Source: Bryobacterales bacterium
Lineage (GTDB): Bacteria; Acidobacteriota; Terriglobia; Bryobacterales; Bryobacteraceae
NCBI GenBank assembly: GCA_963803725.1
Contig: CAWDOH010000017.1
Location: 214,722-246,721, forward strand
Direction of reading: 5' to 3'
DNA length: 32,000 nucleotides
The notes under the pieces are model-generated. The model did no database searches, was not told where the DNA came from, and worked only from the letters and a program-made list of their open reading frames with translations. A program made the translations under genes and the position numbers. Below, piece after piece: positions 1 through 9,085 of this stretch; position 1 is the first letter of the stretch; every line of letters starts with the position of its first letter.

Positions 1-714
1 GCGATGGCCGTGGCTAAGTCCCACCATTTCGGACCGGCCTTCCTGCGGCTGGCGTTTCCGGCGGCGGGGGCGCTGCTGGCGCTGATTCTGGCCCGCGCCA
101 CGCAGCCGCGTCCGGCCTCCGCGGCGGTCAAAAAACCGCCCCAACAAACCCTCCCCAAAGTGTTCTGGTGGTATGTGGCCGCGGCCGGAGTGCTGGCGTT
201 CGGGTTCATCGATTTTCCGCTGCTGGCGTACCACTTTCAGGGCAGCGCGATCATGCAATCGCCGGTGATTCCGCTGCTGTACGCTGGTGCCATGGGAGTG
301 AACGGCCTCACCGCTCTGGTCCTGGGGCGGCTGTTCGACCGCTATGGGCTGCCGGTGCTTTCGGCGGCAATCGTGGTCTCCCTGGGAGCGCTGCCGCTGG
401 GCTTCCTGGGCGGATTCGGCGCGGCCATCGCCAGCGTGGTCTGCTGGGCCATCGGGCTGGGCGCGCAGGATGCCTGCCTGCGCTCGGGCATCGCCCAGGT
501 GGTCTCCATGAACAAGCGCGGCGGCGCATTTGGCGCCTTCAACGGCGTCTTCGGCGTGATGTGGTTCGCCGGCAGCGTGATTATGGGACTGCTCTACGAC
601 CGCTCGATTCCCACGCTGGTAATCTTCGGCGTGGTGGCGCAGTTGGCCGCGGCGGTAATGTTCTTCCGCCTGAGGCACCCGCTGGCGGCCGCCGCGGCCG
701 CCGAGGCCCATTAG
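1..714 (+). CDS. MFS-type transporter, C-terminal half (5' end lies outside the window)
   Basis: The frame is open from the window edge to TAG at 712-714. The translation is a run of about 6 hydrophobic helices with an MFS-like loop (LVLGRLFDRYG) and no soluble domain. Confidence 0.55.
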   Translation, partial: AMAVAKSHHFGPAFLRLAFPAAGALLALILARATQPRPASAAVKKPPQQTLPKVFWWYVAAAGVLAFGFIDFPLLAYHFQGSAIMQSPVIPLLYAGAMGVNGLTALVLGRLFDRYGLPVLSAAIVVSLGALPLGFLGGFGAAIASVVCWAIGLGAQDACLRSGIAQVVSMNKRGGAFGAFNGVFGVMWFAGSVIMGLLYDRSIPTLVIFGVVAQLAAAVMFFRLRHPLAAAAAAEAH

Positions 715-935
715 GCCAGTGGCTTAACACCGCGTGTCGTCTTCGGTCGCTGGTTTCGGGGCCAGCCGTCTCTGCTCGAACTCACCACAACACTGGCATC
801 GCGCAGATTCTAGGCCAATTCCGACGCCGGACTGAACTGGTATATTAAAGTTCGAGACAACCCTGAGCCATATTGTTTCGCCCAGCAGTTCGTTTGTTGA
901 CCGAACCATCACGATTGGCATTGAAAGCAGCGCCC

Positions 936-1313
936 ATGAGCACCCGCTCTTTTCCTGAATGGTTTCCGGACGATTGCCCACCGGACACTGCCATCGGCGC
1001 TGCCGGAGAGGTGTACAGAATTGTAGCCGCTACAACGCTTTCGATAACTGATTTCTTAACTCATCACGAGATGGGTACGGCTCTTACCGCGCCTCCGTGC
1101 AGGCGATGTGGGATATCGGTCTTTAACTCATATGAAAACGCATTGCATAGACTTCGTCTGAGTCCACATCTGGGAAAAGCCATAGCCACCGGTATCCTGG
1201 CATCGACAAGCGGTAAGGTAGAGATCCCGAACTCCACTGGTCACCTGGCATGGCGGCCGTATGCGGATGTTGACCGGCCGGCATTGTTTAAAGAGGTGAA
1301 ACAATGCCCCTGA
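936..1313 (+). CDS. hypothetical protein (125 aa, Cys-containing: DDCPP...PPCRRCG), first gene of the low-GC cassette
   Basis: ATG at 936 lies within ORF 873..1313. The sequence is protein-like and not low-complexity. Its stop overlaps the next ATG (ATGCCCCTGA at 1304-1313). No family was recognised. Confidence 0.5.
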   Translation: MSTRSFPEWFPDDCPPDTAIGAAGEVYRIVAATTLSITDFLTHHEMGTALTAPPCRRCGISVFNSYENALHRLRLSPHLGKAIATGILASTSGKVEIPNSTGHLAWRPYADVDRPALFKEVKQCP

Positions 1314-1792
1314 CGATTCCAGTCCGTGAACAACTGCCGCCTGGCCTCGTGGAACGGCATTTGCCGGTACATCAGGTCCTGTACGAGGCCGAAATACCGG
1401 TTGTCTATGTGACGAACACTGCTCAAGGGCAGTTACTTCTCGCGTATGTTGCGGACGACAACGCTGACGGTGTCTTTACGCTCCTCGCACCAGTAACGAC
1501 CGACACCATCGCGCAGATAGAACTCGGTTCCACGCCCAATCGCGAAGCACTCGCAGCCTCTTGGCTTTGGTTACATATCAACGGCGGCAGTCAGTTCGGA
1601 CTTTGGACCGTCGATATCAAGGACGTGCCAAGTGACTTCCTGCCACTTCCCGGCGTTCTGCTTCGTGCGGAAATGGAACCCGTTCTTCGCGCTCGCGCCG
1701 TCGGCCATCAGGTGGTGCTCGGCCGAATACCGGCAAGCGTCGTCTCCTTATCTTGCGGATGGGACCAGGAAAGCCATGAACGCATTGCTTGA
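1304..1792 (+). CDS. hypothetical protein, second gene of the low-GC cassette (possibly the N-terminal part of a frameshifted larger gene)
   Basis: The ATG overlaps the upstream stop by 10 nt. The translation is protein-like up to about ...GRIPASVVS. The last ~15 codons look less protein-like, while the +1 frame becomes protein-like there. Confidence 0.5.
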   Translation: MPLTIPVREQLPPGLVERHLPVHQVLYEAEIPVVYVTNTAQGQLLLAYVADDNADGVFTLLAPVTTDTIAQIELGSTPNREALAASWLWLHINGGSQFGLWTVDIKDVPSDFLPLPGVLLRAEMEPVLRARAVGHQVVLGRIPASVVSLSCGWDQESHERIA

Positions 1793-2441
1793 TCACATGT
1801 TCGCCACGCCTATCGAGGGTCGCCCACGGCAAGAGCATCGCGCACTTTACGACCTTCCCATTCAGAGATTCGCATTCTCGAGCCTTGAACTCAGCTTTGG
1901 TGCCCCGGAAGAAAGCCTGGTCGCGGTTGACCAAGTTCGAGAAGCCGCTCAAAGGCTTGAAACAGGTTTGACCTGGGCGAGCACCTCTACACCAGAGCCC
2001 TGGGGCGAAATCCCCGAAGATGAGCGCGCAACTATTCTGAGAGCTGCCTTGTTTCTGACGCCCCCCGCGGCAGGACCGATCTCCGAAATCCACGTCTCCG
2101 GCCGGTGGATTCACAACCGGAAGTTGCGACTCACCCGAGAGTCCAGAAGACGTGTTCGTCAAGAGCTGCGGCGCGTCGACTCCGAGCGAATTGTCAGATA
2201 CGAGGGCAGAATCGGTGAACTTGACATCGATAATCTTAGCTTTACGCTACGAGATACAGTAGACGGTCAAGATCGACGCGGCTTCTTCACTGAGGACCTC
2301 CTGGACGACATGGTAGCGCTCCTTTCCGATGTTCGCCGGGTTGCGGTCGCAGGTGTCGAAAGACAGGGACGCTTGCTAGTCTCAGCGGCTGGGCCACTTG
2401 AAGATCCTGGCGTTCCCGAGGCACTGCCAGATTCGGAATAA
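1776..2441 (+). CDS. hypothetical protein, third gene of the low-GC cassette (or the C-terminal part of a fused gene)
   Basis: ATG at 1776 lies inside ORF 1632..2441 and overlaps the upstream ORF by 17 nt. The 221-aa product is charged and soluble-looking (…RVRQELRRVDSERIVRYEGRIGELDIDNLSFTLRD…). No family was recognised. Confidence 0.5.
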   Translation: MNALLDHMFATPIEGRPRQEHRALYDLPIQRFAFSSLELSFGAPEESLVAVDQVREAAQRLETGLTWASTSTPEPWGEIPEDERATILRAALFLTPPAAGPISEIHVSGRWIHNRKLRLTRESRRRVRQELRRVDSERIVRYEGRIGELDIDNLSFTLRDTVDGQDRRGFFTEDLLDDMVALLSDVRRVAVAGVERQGRLLVSAAGPLEDPGVPEALPDSE

Positions 2442-2576
2442 CTGAATCAACCGAGCAAAATCGGACTTCTTCGGGCCGCAACACGGATGTATCCCTCCCT
2501 TCCGCCGCCCTCGCGCTCCCCTTCCCTATGCCATAATGAACCTGCATTCCGTGCACTCACCAGGGGGGACACCTTC

Positions 2577-3590
2577 ATGTCTACAGGACAACCTGCCGTA
2601 ACGCCAGAGCGGATTTCGGCGCTGGCGTGGGGCTACGCCGCTCCGCTGATTATGGAAGCGGCGGTGCACCAGGGCATCTTCGATCTGCTGGATGGCGGGC
2701 CCAAGAGCATCCAGGAACTGGCAGCCCTGACGGGCGCTTCCCCGCGCGGACTCCGCGCCATCCTCCACGCCCTGACGGGGCTGAACCTGCTGGCGCATGA
2801 GGACGATGGCAGGTTCGCGCTCACCCCCGAAAGCGCCGCGTTTCTGGTCAGCAACCGGCCGGGCTATCTGGGCGGCCTGATCCGCCACACCAGCACGCAG
2901 CTCATCCCCCTGTGGCTGAAGCTGAACGATGCGGTACGCACCGGCAAACCGGCGGCCGGAGTCAACCAGCAGGGTCCCGGATCGGAATTCTTCCATGAGT
3001 TCGTGATGGACATTTTTCCGATGAGCTACCCCACCGCGCAGTCGCTGGCGAAGCATCTGGCGGCTTCCACCGCCCCGGCGCGCGCGCTCGACCTGGCGGC
3101 CGGCTCTGGGGTTTGGGGCATCGCCCTGGCGCAGACGTTTCCGGAATTGCGGGTCACCGCTGTGGATTGGCCGCTCGTGCTCGAGGTGACCCGCCAGAGC
3201 GTCGAGCGCTTCGGCGTGGCCGCCCGCTTTTCGCTGCTGCCGGGCGATCTGCTGGAAACCGATTTCGGCTCTGGATACGACCTCGCCACGCTGGGCCACA
3301 TCCTGCACAGCGAGGGTGAGCGGCGCAGCCGCTTGCTGTTGCGCAAAACCTTCGAGGCCCTCGCGCCCGGCGGCACCATTGCCATTGCCGAGTTCCTGGT
3401 GAACGAAGACCGCAGCGGTCCGCCCAATGGGCTGCTGTTCGCGGTGAATATGCTGGTGGCCACCGATGAGGGAGACACCTGGTCGTTTCCCGAAATCGCC
3501 GGTTGGCTGGCGGAGGCGGGGTTCGCCAATGCGCGCACGCTGCCGGGGCTGGGGCCTTCCCCGCTGATTCTGGCGAACCGGCCGGCCTGA
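2577..3590 (+). CDS. class I SAM-dependent O-methyltransferase (dimerisation/winged-helix N-domain plus O-MTase domain)
   Basis: ATG at 2577 is preceded by GGGGGGA at 2563-2569. The N-terminus (GIFDLLDGGPKSIQELAALTGASPRGLRAILHALTGLNLL) is typical of the plant/bacterial OMT dimerisation domain. SAM motif I is LDLAAGSGVWG, and a later IAIAEF motif is present. Confidence 0.75.
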   Translation: MSTGQPAVTPERISALAWGYAAPLIMEAAVHQGIFDLLDGGPKSIQELAALTGASPRGLRAILHALTGLNLLAHEDDGRFALTPESAAFLVSNRPGYLGGLIRHTSTQLIPLWLKLNDAVRTGKPAAGVNQQGPGSEFFHEFVMDIFPMSYPTAQSLAKHLAASTAPARALDLAAGSGVWGIALAQTFPELRVTAVDWPLVLEVTRQSVERFGVAARFSLLPGDLLETDFGSGYDLATLGHILHSEGERRSRLLLRKTFEALAPGGTIAIAEFLVNEDRSGPPNGLLFAVNMLVATDEGDTWSFPEIAGWLAEAGFANARTLPGLGPSPLILANRPA

Positions 3591-3693
3591 CGCCCGATTG
3601 TCCCGCGGGCTGCTTCCCTGAGCCTCGCCCACACGTGCGACGAGTGGCCCTTTTGAGCCTCGCCCAAGCGTGCCCGGCAACGGTGGCTTTTAG

Positions 3694-3702
3694 TGTATAA
3701 TC
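3694..3702 (+). promoter_or_regulatory. candidate -10 element TGTATAATC upstream of TonB-dependent receptor 1
   Basis: A perfect TATAAT lies at 3696-3701 in the intergenic region. The identical 9-mer recurs upstream of the paralogous receptor at 8741-8749. No convincing -35 was found. Confidence 0.3.
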
Positions 3703-4009
3703 AGACACCGTTACAACAGGGGCCAGTGAACCAGTATTGCGTGAGAGCATCCCATGGAGAAGGCCGAACGCCGCCCGGCGGTTGTGCGCCGGCTACTCCT
3801 CATCCGTATCGCTCCGGTGCCTGGACCGTCCGGAATAGCGACTCCGCTGTTTCGCGGCGGCCTTGCAGGCCAGGTGCTTGCTCTCCCTTTATTGCGCTCC
3901 ACCGGCGATTTTAGTTTGACCGATCCCATAGCGCCAAAAGCAGCTTATGCCGGCGCATGGTTTTGGTCGTTTTTAGAGGAGTTAGCGTAAGGCCAGGGAG
4001 GGTCTTCAG

Positions 4010-7000
4010 ATGAGGGGTACACGTTTTATCAGCCGTTTCCTGCCGGCAGTGGCCGGCATTTCGATTCTGCTGTTGGGGGCTGGCGCGCCCGCCGCTTATA
4101 GCCAGACTATGACCACAGGCGACATTGTCGGCACGGTGACCGACGTCACCGGGGCGGTCATCCCCAACGCCAAGATCACGGTGACATTCACCGACACCAA
4201 CGAAGTTCACACCGCCGCCAGCAACCAGAGCGGGCAATACCGCTTCTCGCTGCTGCAACCGGGCAATTACACAGTCACGGCCGAAGCCACCGGCCTGAAA
4301 TCCAAAACCGCCCAATTCACCCTGCTGGTAGGCCAGGAGAGCGCCATCAACCTGAAGCTGGAGGTGCAAGGCACGCGCGAGGTGGTCGAGGTACAAGCCG
4401 AGGCCAGCATCCTGCAAACCGAAAACGCCAACCAGGCCAGCGGCTTCAACACCTCCCAGGTGGTGGTTCTGCCGGCCAACGGCGGTGATATCACGACCAT
4501 CGCTTACACCGTTCCCGGGGTCATCCAGGGTAAGGGTTCCGACACCTTCGCCACCAACGGCATTCCCGGCGCCGCCAACCTGTTCACCCTCAATGGCGCC
4601 GACGACATGGACCCCTACCTCAACATCAATAATTCCGGGGCCAGCAACAACCTTCTGGGCGCCAATGAGGTGGCCGAGGCCTCCGTCGTCCTGAACGCTT
4701 ACAGCGCCGATTACGGCCGCATGTCGGGTGCGCAGGTGAACTACGTGGGCAAGACCGGCACCAACAGTTTCCACGGCAACCTGTTCCACAATTTCAACGA
4801 CAAAATTCTCAACGCCAACACCTTCTTCAACAACCAGGCCAGCCTGCAGGAACCGCGCGCCGATTCGCACAACTTCGGCGGTTCGTTCGGCGGCCCCATC
4901 AAGAAGAACAAGCTGTTCTTCTTCTTTAACTACGAAAGTCTCCAGTACTCCCTGCCCACCTCCGGCGTGGTCGATATTCCCTCTCCCCAGATGGAGACTT
5001 ACGCTCTGGGAACCATCCCCGCCGAAGCCAAGCCGCTCTACCAGGATGCTTTTGCGCTCTGGAACGGCGCACCGGGCGCCAAGAACGCCGTCCCGGTGAC
5101 CAACGGCAACGGCCCCTTGCAGGACGGCCATGACCACCTCGGCTGCGGCATCGGCACCTTCTGGAACGCCGGTGTGCAAGCTCCCGGCGGCGGCGTCTTC
5201 GGCACCACCGTGCCCTGCTCCGATGCCTTCGCCGAGAACGCCAGCGAGATTAACAAGGAGAGCCTGGTCACCGTCCGCGGCGACTACAACATCACCGACA
5301 AGCAGAAGATCAACGCCCGCTATAACTACGACTGGGGCATCCAGGCCACCGGCCCCAGCTTCATCAACTCGGCTTTCAATTCGCTCAGCAACCAGCCATC
5401 GGATCAGGGCCAGTTGACCTATACCTATGTCATCTCCCCGAGCGTGGTGAATAACTTCATCGGGTCGGGATCCTGGTACACCGCCATCTTCGGCGTAGCC
5501 AACTTCGCCGCGACCTCGGCTTTAATGCCCGAGAGAATCAACGTCAGTGACACCGGCTGGGCCGCCCTGGGCGCCGGCATCCCCGATGGCCGCAACGTGG
5601 GCCAGGTTCAGTTGGTGGACGATCTGACCTGGGTGCACGGCAACCACACCTTCAAGACCGGCATCAACTACCGCTTCGATAAAATCACCGACACCAGCAT
5701 CTCCAGCGGTTCCCAGATCGGCTCGTACACTTTCGCCGATTTGACCGACTTCACCACCGGCCAGGTCAACGCCACCGGCTTGGGAGATACATTCACCCAG
5801 AGCTTCCCGGATATTTTCGCCGCACATATCCGCATGAGCTTCCCTGGGCGCGTATGCGCAGGATGAATGGAAGGTGCGTCGCAACCTGACGCTCACGCTG
5901 GGTTTCCGCGTGGAACACGATGGCAACCCGGCCTGCCTGGATAATTGCTTCGCCCGCATGGACACCCAGTTCGGCATGCCCGGCTACGTCGGCGGCGCCA
6001 ATGTCTCGTACAACCAGACCATCCAGACCGGACTGCACAACGAGTACCAGAATCTCGAAACGGCCATTCCGGAACCGCGCTTCGGCTTCGCCTGGAGTCC
6101 TAACTCGAAGACCGTCGTGCGCGGCGGAATCGGCCTCTTCGCCACCCTGTTTTCGGGCAGCAGTGCCGCCAATATATTCGATAACGCTCCCAGCAAATTC
6201 TCTCCCAGCGTCACCTTCGGGGAGATCGGATTGCCCAGCGATCCCAACAGCTCCGCGTACGCCGCCCTGGCTGCCTACAACGTATTTACTTCCGGATTCA
6301 AGGCCGGCGACACGCTCACCCAATTGCAAGCCTCTCTCGGTAAGATTCCGTTCAGCGCCCCCAGCTACTACTCCTACCCGAACAACTTCGCGGCCCCCAA
6401 GACCACCGAGTGGAGCGTCGAAATCGAGCGTTCGCTGACCTCCCATGACGTCCTGGCGTTAAGCTACACCGGCAATCACGGCTACGATCAGGCCGTTACC
6501 AATGGCTGGTCTAATGCCTTCCTGCTGCTGGCCAGCAACGGGCAGAACAAGTATTACGGCACCAGCTTCGCCGGTCTCCCCACCGCGGCGCCCGATCCGC
6601 GCTTTCTGACCGTCTATCAAGTGCTGACGCAAGGCTATTCCAACTACGACGCCATGACTCTCCAGCTCCGCCACTCGCTGAAGTGGGGCTTCCAGGGCCA
6701 GGTGGGCTGGACGTGGTCGCACGCACTGGGCCTTGCCACCATTTCCAACCCCTACGACATGCCCTTCAACTATGGCAACCAGAGCTTTGACGCGCGCCAT
6801 ACCATCGTGAGCGACCTGATCTGGGCGGTGCCGTTCCATTTCGGGAACCGCTTCGCCAGGGCGGCGCTGGGCGGCTGGAACTTCGGCATGAAGTTCTATT
6901 TCTACACCGGCTTCCCCTTCACCTCCTCGGATAGCAAGATTAACGCGCAGATCAATTCCGGAGGCGGCTTCAGCGGAACCTTCCTGGCCACCGATATCGC

Positions 7001-7412
7001 ACCGCAACTGCCCTCCAATTGCACCGCGATTCATGGCACCAGCACGCCGCCCTGCTGGACCACCGCCGATTTCGAAACTTACAACTCCACTTCGGGAGTG
7101 GCCACGCCGGTACAGAACAACTTCGGCGAAACCGGTCCCGGGGTTTTCCGCGGCCCCGATTTCTTCGATATCGATACGCAGCTCACCAAGAAGTTTTTCG
7201 TCAAGGAAAAGTATGCCTTCGAGTTCGGAGCGCAGGCCTTTAACACCCTGAACCACCCGAACTTCGGCAACCCCACGGCTTCCATCACCTCAGGAACCCT
7301 GGGCACCACCACCAGCGTTGTCGGCCCCACTACCAGCCCCTACGGTTCGTTCCAATCGTCCACTATCGTAGGAGGCCGGCTCATCGTAGTCACGGCGAAG
7401 TTCAGCTTCTAG
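4010..7412 (+). pseudogene. TonB-dependent receptor with N-terminal carboxypeptidase-regulatory-like domain, split by a +1 frameshift near 5840
   Basis: ORFs 4010..5866 and 5874..7412 are collinear with the paralog at 9086..14132. The gene has a signal peptide (…LLLGAGAPAAYSQ), a CarboxypepD_reg-like beta-sandwich (GDIVGTVTDVTGAVIPNAKITV…GQYRFSLLQPGNYTV) and a C-terminal …VTAKFSF. Removing one T from AGCTTCCCTG (5837-5846) gives IRMSSLGAYAQDEWKVRRNLTL, which matches the paralog's FYVQDEWAATRSLKL. Confidence 0.8.
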
Positions 7413-7429
7413 CAGTTCCCGCAGGGCGT

Positions 7430-7451
7430 GGGGCAGGCGCAGGCCTGCCCC
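7430..7451. terminator. GC-rich hairpin between convergent genes (candidate bidirectional terminator)
   Basis: GGGGCAGGC-gcag-GCCTGCCCC forms a perfect 9-bp stem. It lies 18 nt after the receptor stop (7412) and 6 nt before the 3' end of the - strand gene (7457). No clear U-tract is present. Confidence 0.45.
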
Positions 7452-7456
7452 GCCGC

Positions 7457-8065
7457 TCAACCCACATCCACAGGCTTGCCGTTTACCTTCCAGCTAATCA
7501 TGCTTCCCGCCGGAACCAGTTGCAGACGCAGATTTTCAGCGCCGCCCAGACCCACCTTGCCAACCACCGCTTCCAGCGCCAGCGCCTCTTCGCCGCTCTC
7601 AAACGGCATCGACGAGTAACAGTAAAACTCCGTGGGATGGGCAAATTTCTCCATCCCGCCGGGTGGAACCTCGCGAGTCAGAAGAGGCGCGTAATCCCGG
7701 TACAACGTCACATCGATTACCGCGGATTGCGGCCCGCTCAGCCCGTTCCCCACGTCGAGCGAGTCAGCGGAGGTTTGCGTCCGCGAAAGCACCGGAACTC
7801 CATCCGTCAATTCCACCCGAAACGCGTCGCCATATCTGGCCTCGGCGAACGCGGTTCCATGGTCCACCCCGTGCACAATGCGGGAAACCTGGACGCCGAT
7901 CTGAAAATCCCCATCCACCGTGCCGATCCCGGCGCCCGGGCCGAGGTCGAAATACTTCCAGGCCGTCAGCGCCAGGGGAATCGGCTCCTGCACCGTCAGT
8001 TGGGAGGCGTGCAGAAAAATCCGGCGCCGGAAAGTCGTGCCGTTTTCGATTTCGATCTGGATCAC
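7457..8065 (-). CDS. hypothetical protein, tandem paralog A (202 aa)
   Basis: This is a complete ORF, clearly homologous to the adjacent ORF. Shared blocks are LTAWKYFDLGPG/LAAWKRFDLAPG, GDFQIGVQV/GDFRVGAQV, YGD, LTDGVPVLS/LTNGIPTLS, VGNGLSGP/VFNGLDGP and VTLYRDYAP/VTIYRDYAP. No signal peptide is evident. Confidence 0.6.
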   Translation of the reverse strand: MIQIEIENGTTFRRRIFLHASQLTVQEPIPLALTAWKYFDLGPGAGIGTVDGDFQIGVQVSRIVHGVDHGTAFAEARYGDAFRVELTDGVPVLSRTQTSADSLDVGNGLSGPQSAVIDVTLYRDYAPLLTREVPPGGMEKFAHPTEFYCYSSMPFESGEEALALEAVVGKVGLGGAENLRLQLVPAGSMISWKVNGKPVDVG

Positions 8066-8081
8066 TGCATTCTCTCCCGTC

Positions 8082-8654
8082 TCATTTCGCGGCGCCGCTC
8101 GCCCATTGAATCGTCGTGCCGTCGGCCGAAGGCGTGATCTTCAGCCGCATCACCGGATCGGCTGGCTGAAACCTGCCCACAACCGGCTCCATCACCAGCG
8201 CCGAACTGCCGCCGGTAATCGGTTTGGATGCGTAAGCAAACAGTTGACTGCTGGGGGTATAGGCGCTGTGGTATTGGGGTGGAACGTCGTCGCCGGCCCA
8301 AGGCGCATAATCCCGGTAAATCGTCACGCGGATCGCCGCGGCATCCGGTCCATCAAGGCCGTTGAACACCTGAATCTGGTTCCGCGTCGCCCCGCTGGCG
8401 CTGGAGAGTGTCGGAATTCCGTTGGTCAATCCGAAGGTATAGATATCCCCGTAGTGAGCGTCGGCGGCCACCGTGCGATGGTCCAGCACGGTACCGCTCG
8501 CAACCTGGGCGCCTACCCGGAAGTCGCCGAAGGCGGTGCCGATGCTCTCGCCCGGGGCGAGGTCGAAGCGCTTCCAGGCAGCCAGCATCAAAGCAACGGG
8601 CTGCGTCACAGACAGGCCCGCCGGAGAGAAACCACCGGCTGCGCCATCCGGCAT
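8082..8654 (-). CDS. hypothetical protein, tandem paralog B (190 aa)
   Basis: It sits 16 nt upstream of paralog A on the same strand and shares the motif blocks listed for A. An in-frame stop lies 4 codons upstream of the ATG at 8654. Confidence 0.6.
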   Translation of the reverse strand: MPDGAAGGFSPAGLSVTQPVALMLAAWKRFDLAPGESIGTAFGDFRVGAQVASGTVLDHRTVAADAHYGDIYTFGLTNGIPTLSSASGATRNQIQVFNGLDGPDAAAIRVTIYRDYAPWAGDDVPPQYHSAYTPSSQLFAYASKPITGGSSALVMEPVVGRFQPADPVMRLKITPSADGTTIQWASGAAK

Positions 8655-8740
8655 TCTTCCGCGTTACCCTGGCGATCCAATCCCCCGTCCTTCTTATGCG
8701 CGACATAAGATTTTTGTTTGCCGCCCCTGCCCGCGCGTAT

Positions 8741-8749
8741 TGTATAATC
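8741..8749 (+). promoter_or_regulatory. candidate -10 element TGTATAATC upstream of TonB-dependent receptor 2
   Basis: TATAAT lies at 8743-8748, with a possible -35 TTGCCG at 8718-8723 (19-bp spacer). The 9-mer is the same as at 3694-3702. Confidence 0.3.
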
Positions 8750-9085
8750 GCATCTATCCGATCGCAGGGGTTTGCTCAAGTTGAGTTGCATGAAGTTTTA
8801 GCCCGCCCGGAAATGGGCGCTGCCCGCCCTTCCAGGTTGCCCTGTGTCCGCCTTTTCTGCGCGCGGATGGGTCTGGACTGCCGGTTTTTCCCGGCGGTAG
8901 GCCCGGTTGGCGGAAGCCCTGCCGCTCCCGCTTCCTGCTCAAGCTGAGTTAGCTTGTTTCACCGGCTTGCATTCACACGGCAACTTGGTTATAACTGTTC
9001 CCATAGTTGCCAGCCCACTTGTTGCCTAGCGCGCATCCTTTGGCAATTCGAATCGGAGTTAGTTCGTAACACCAGGAGGTTCATT

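Noticed and set aside
3702-4009. Cobalamin or other riboswitch in the long leaders of the receptor genes (also 8749..9085)
   Set aside because: I could not find a B12 box or the conserved core of any riboswitch class I know by eye. The two leaders are also not obviously similar to each other. This remains a question for Infernal/Rfam.
3911-5179. Long antisense ORFs opposite well-supported genes: 3911..5179, 5793..6446, 6459..7256, 9488..10609, 12192..13979, 14792..15607, 16264..17328, 17485..18558, 22177..22992, 23070..24482, 26472..27359 and 2526..3680
   Set aside because: These are typical high-GC shadow ORFs. They are Gly/Ala/Arg/Val-rich with no recognisable motifs, and each fully overlaps a strand-opposite gene with strong family signatures.
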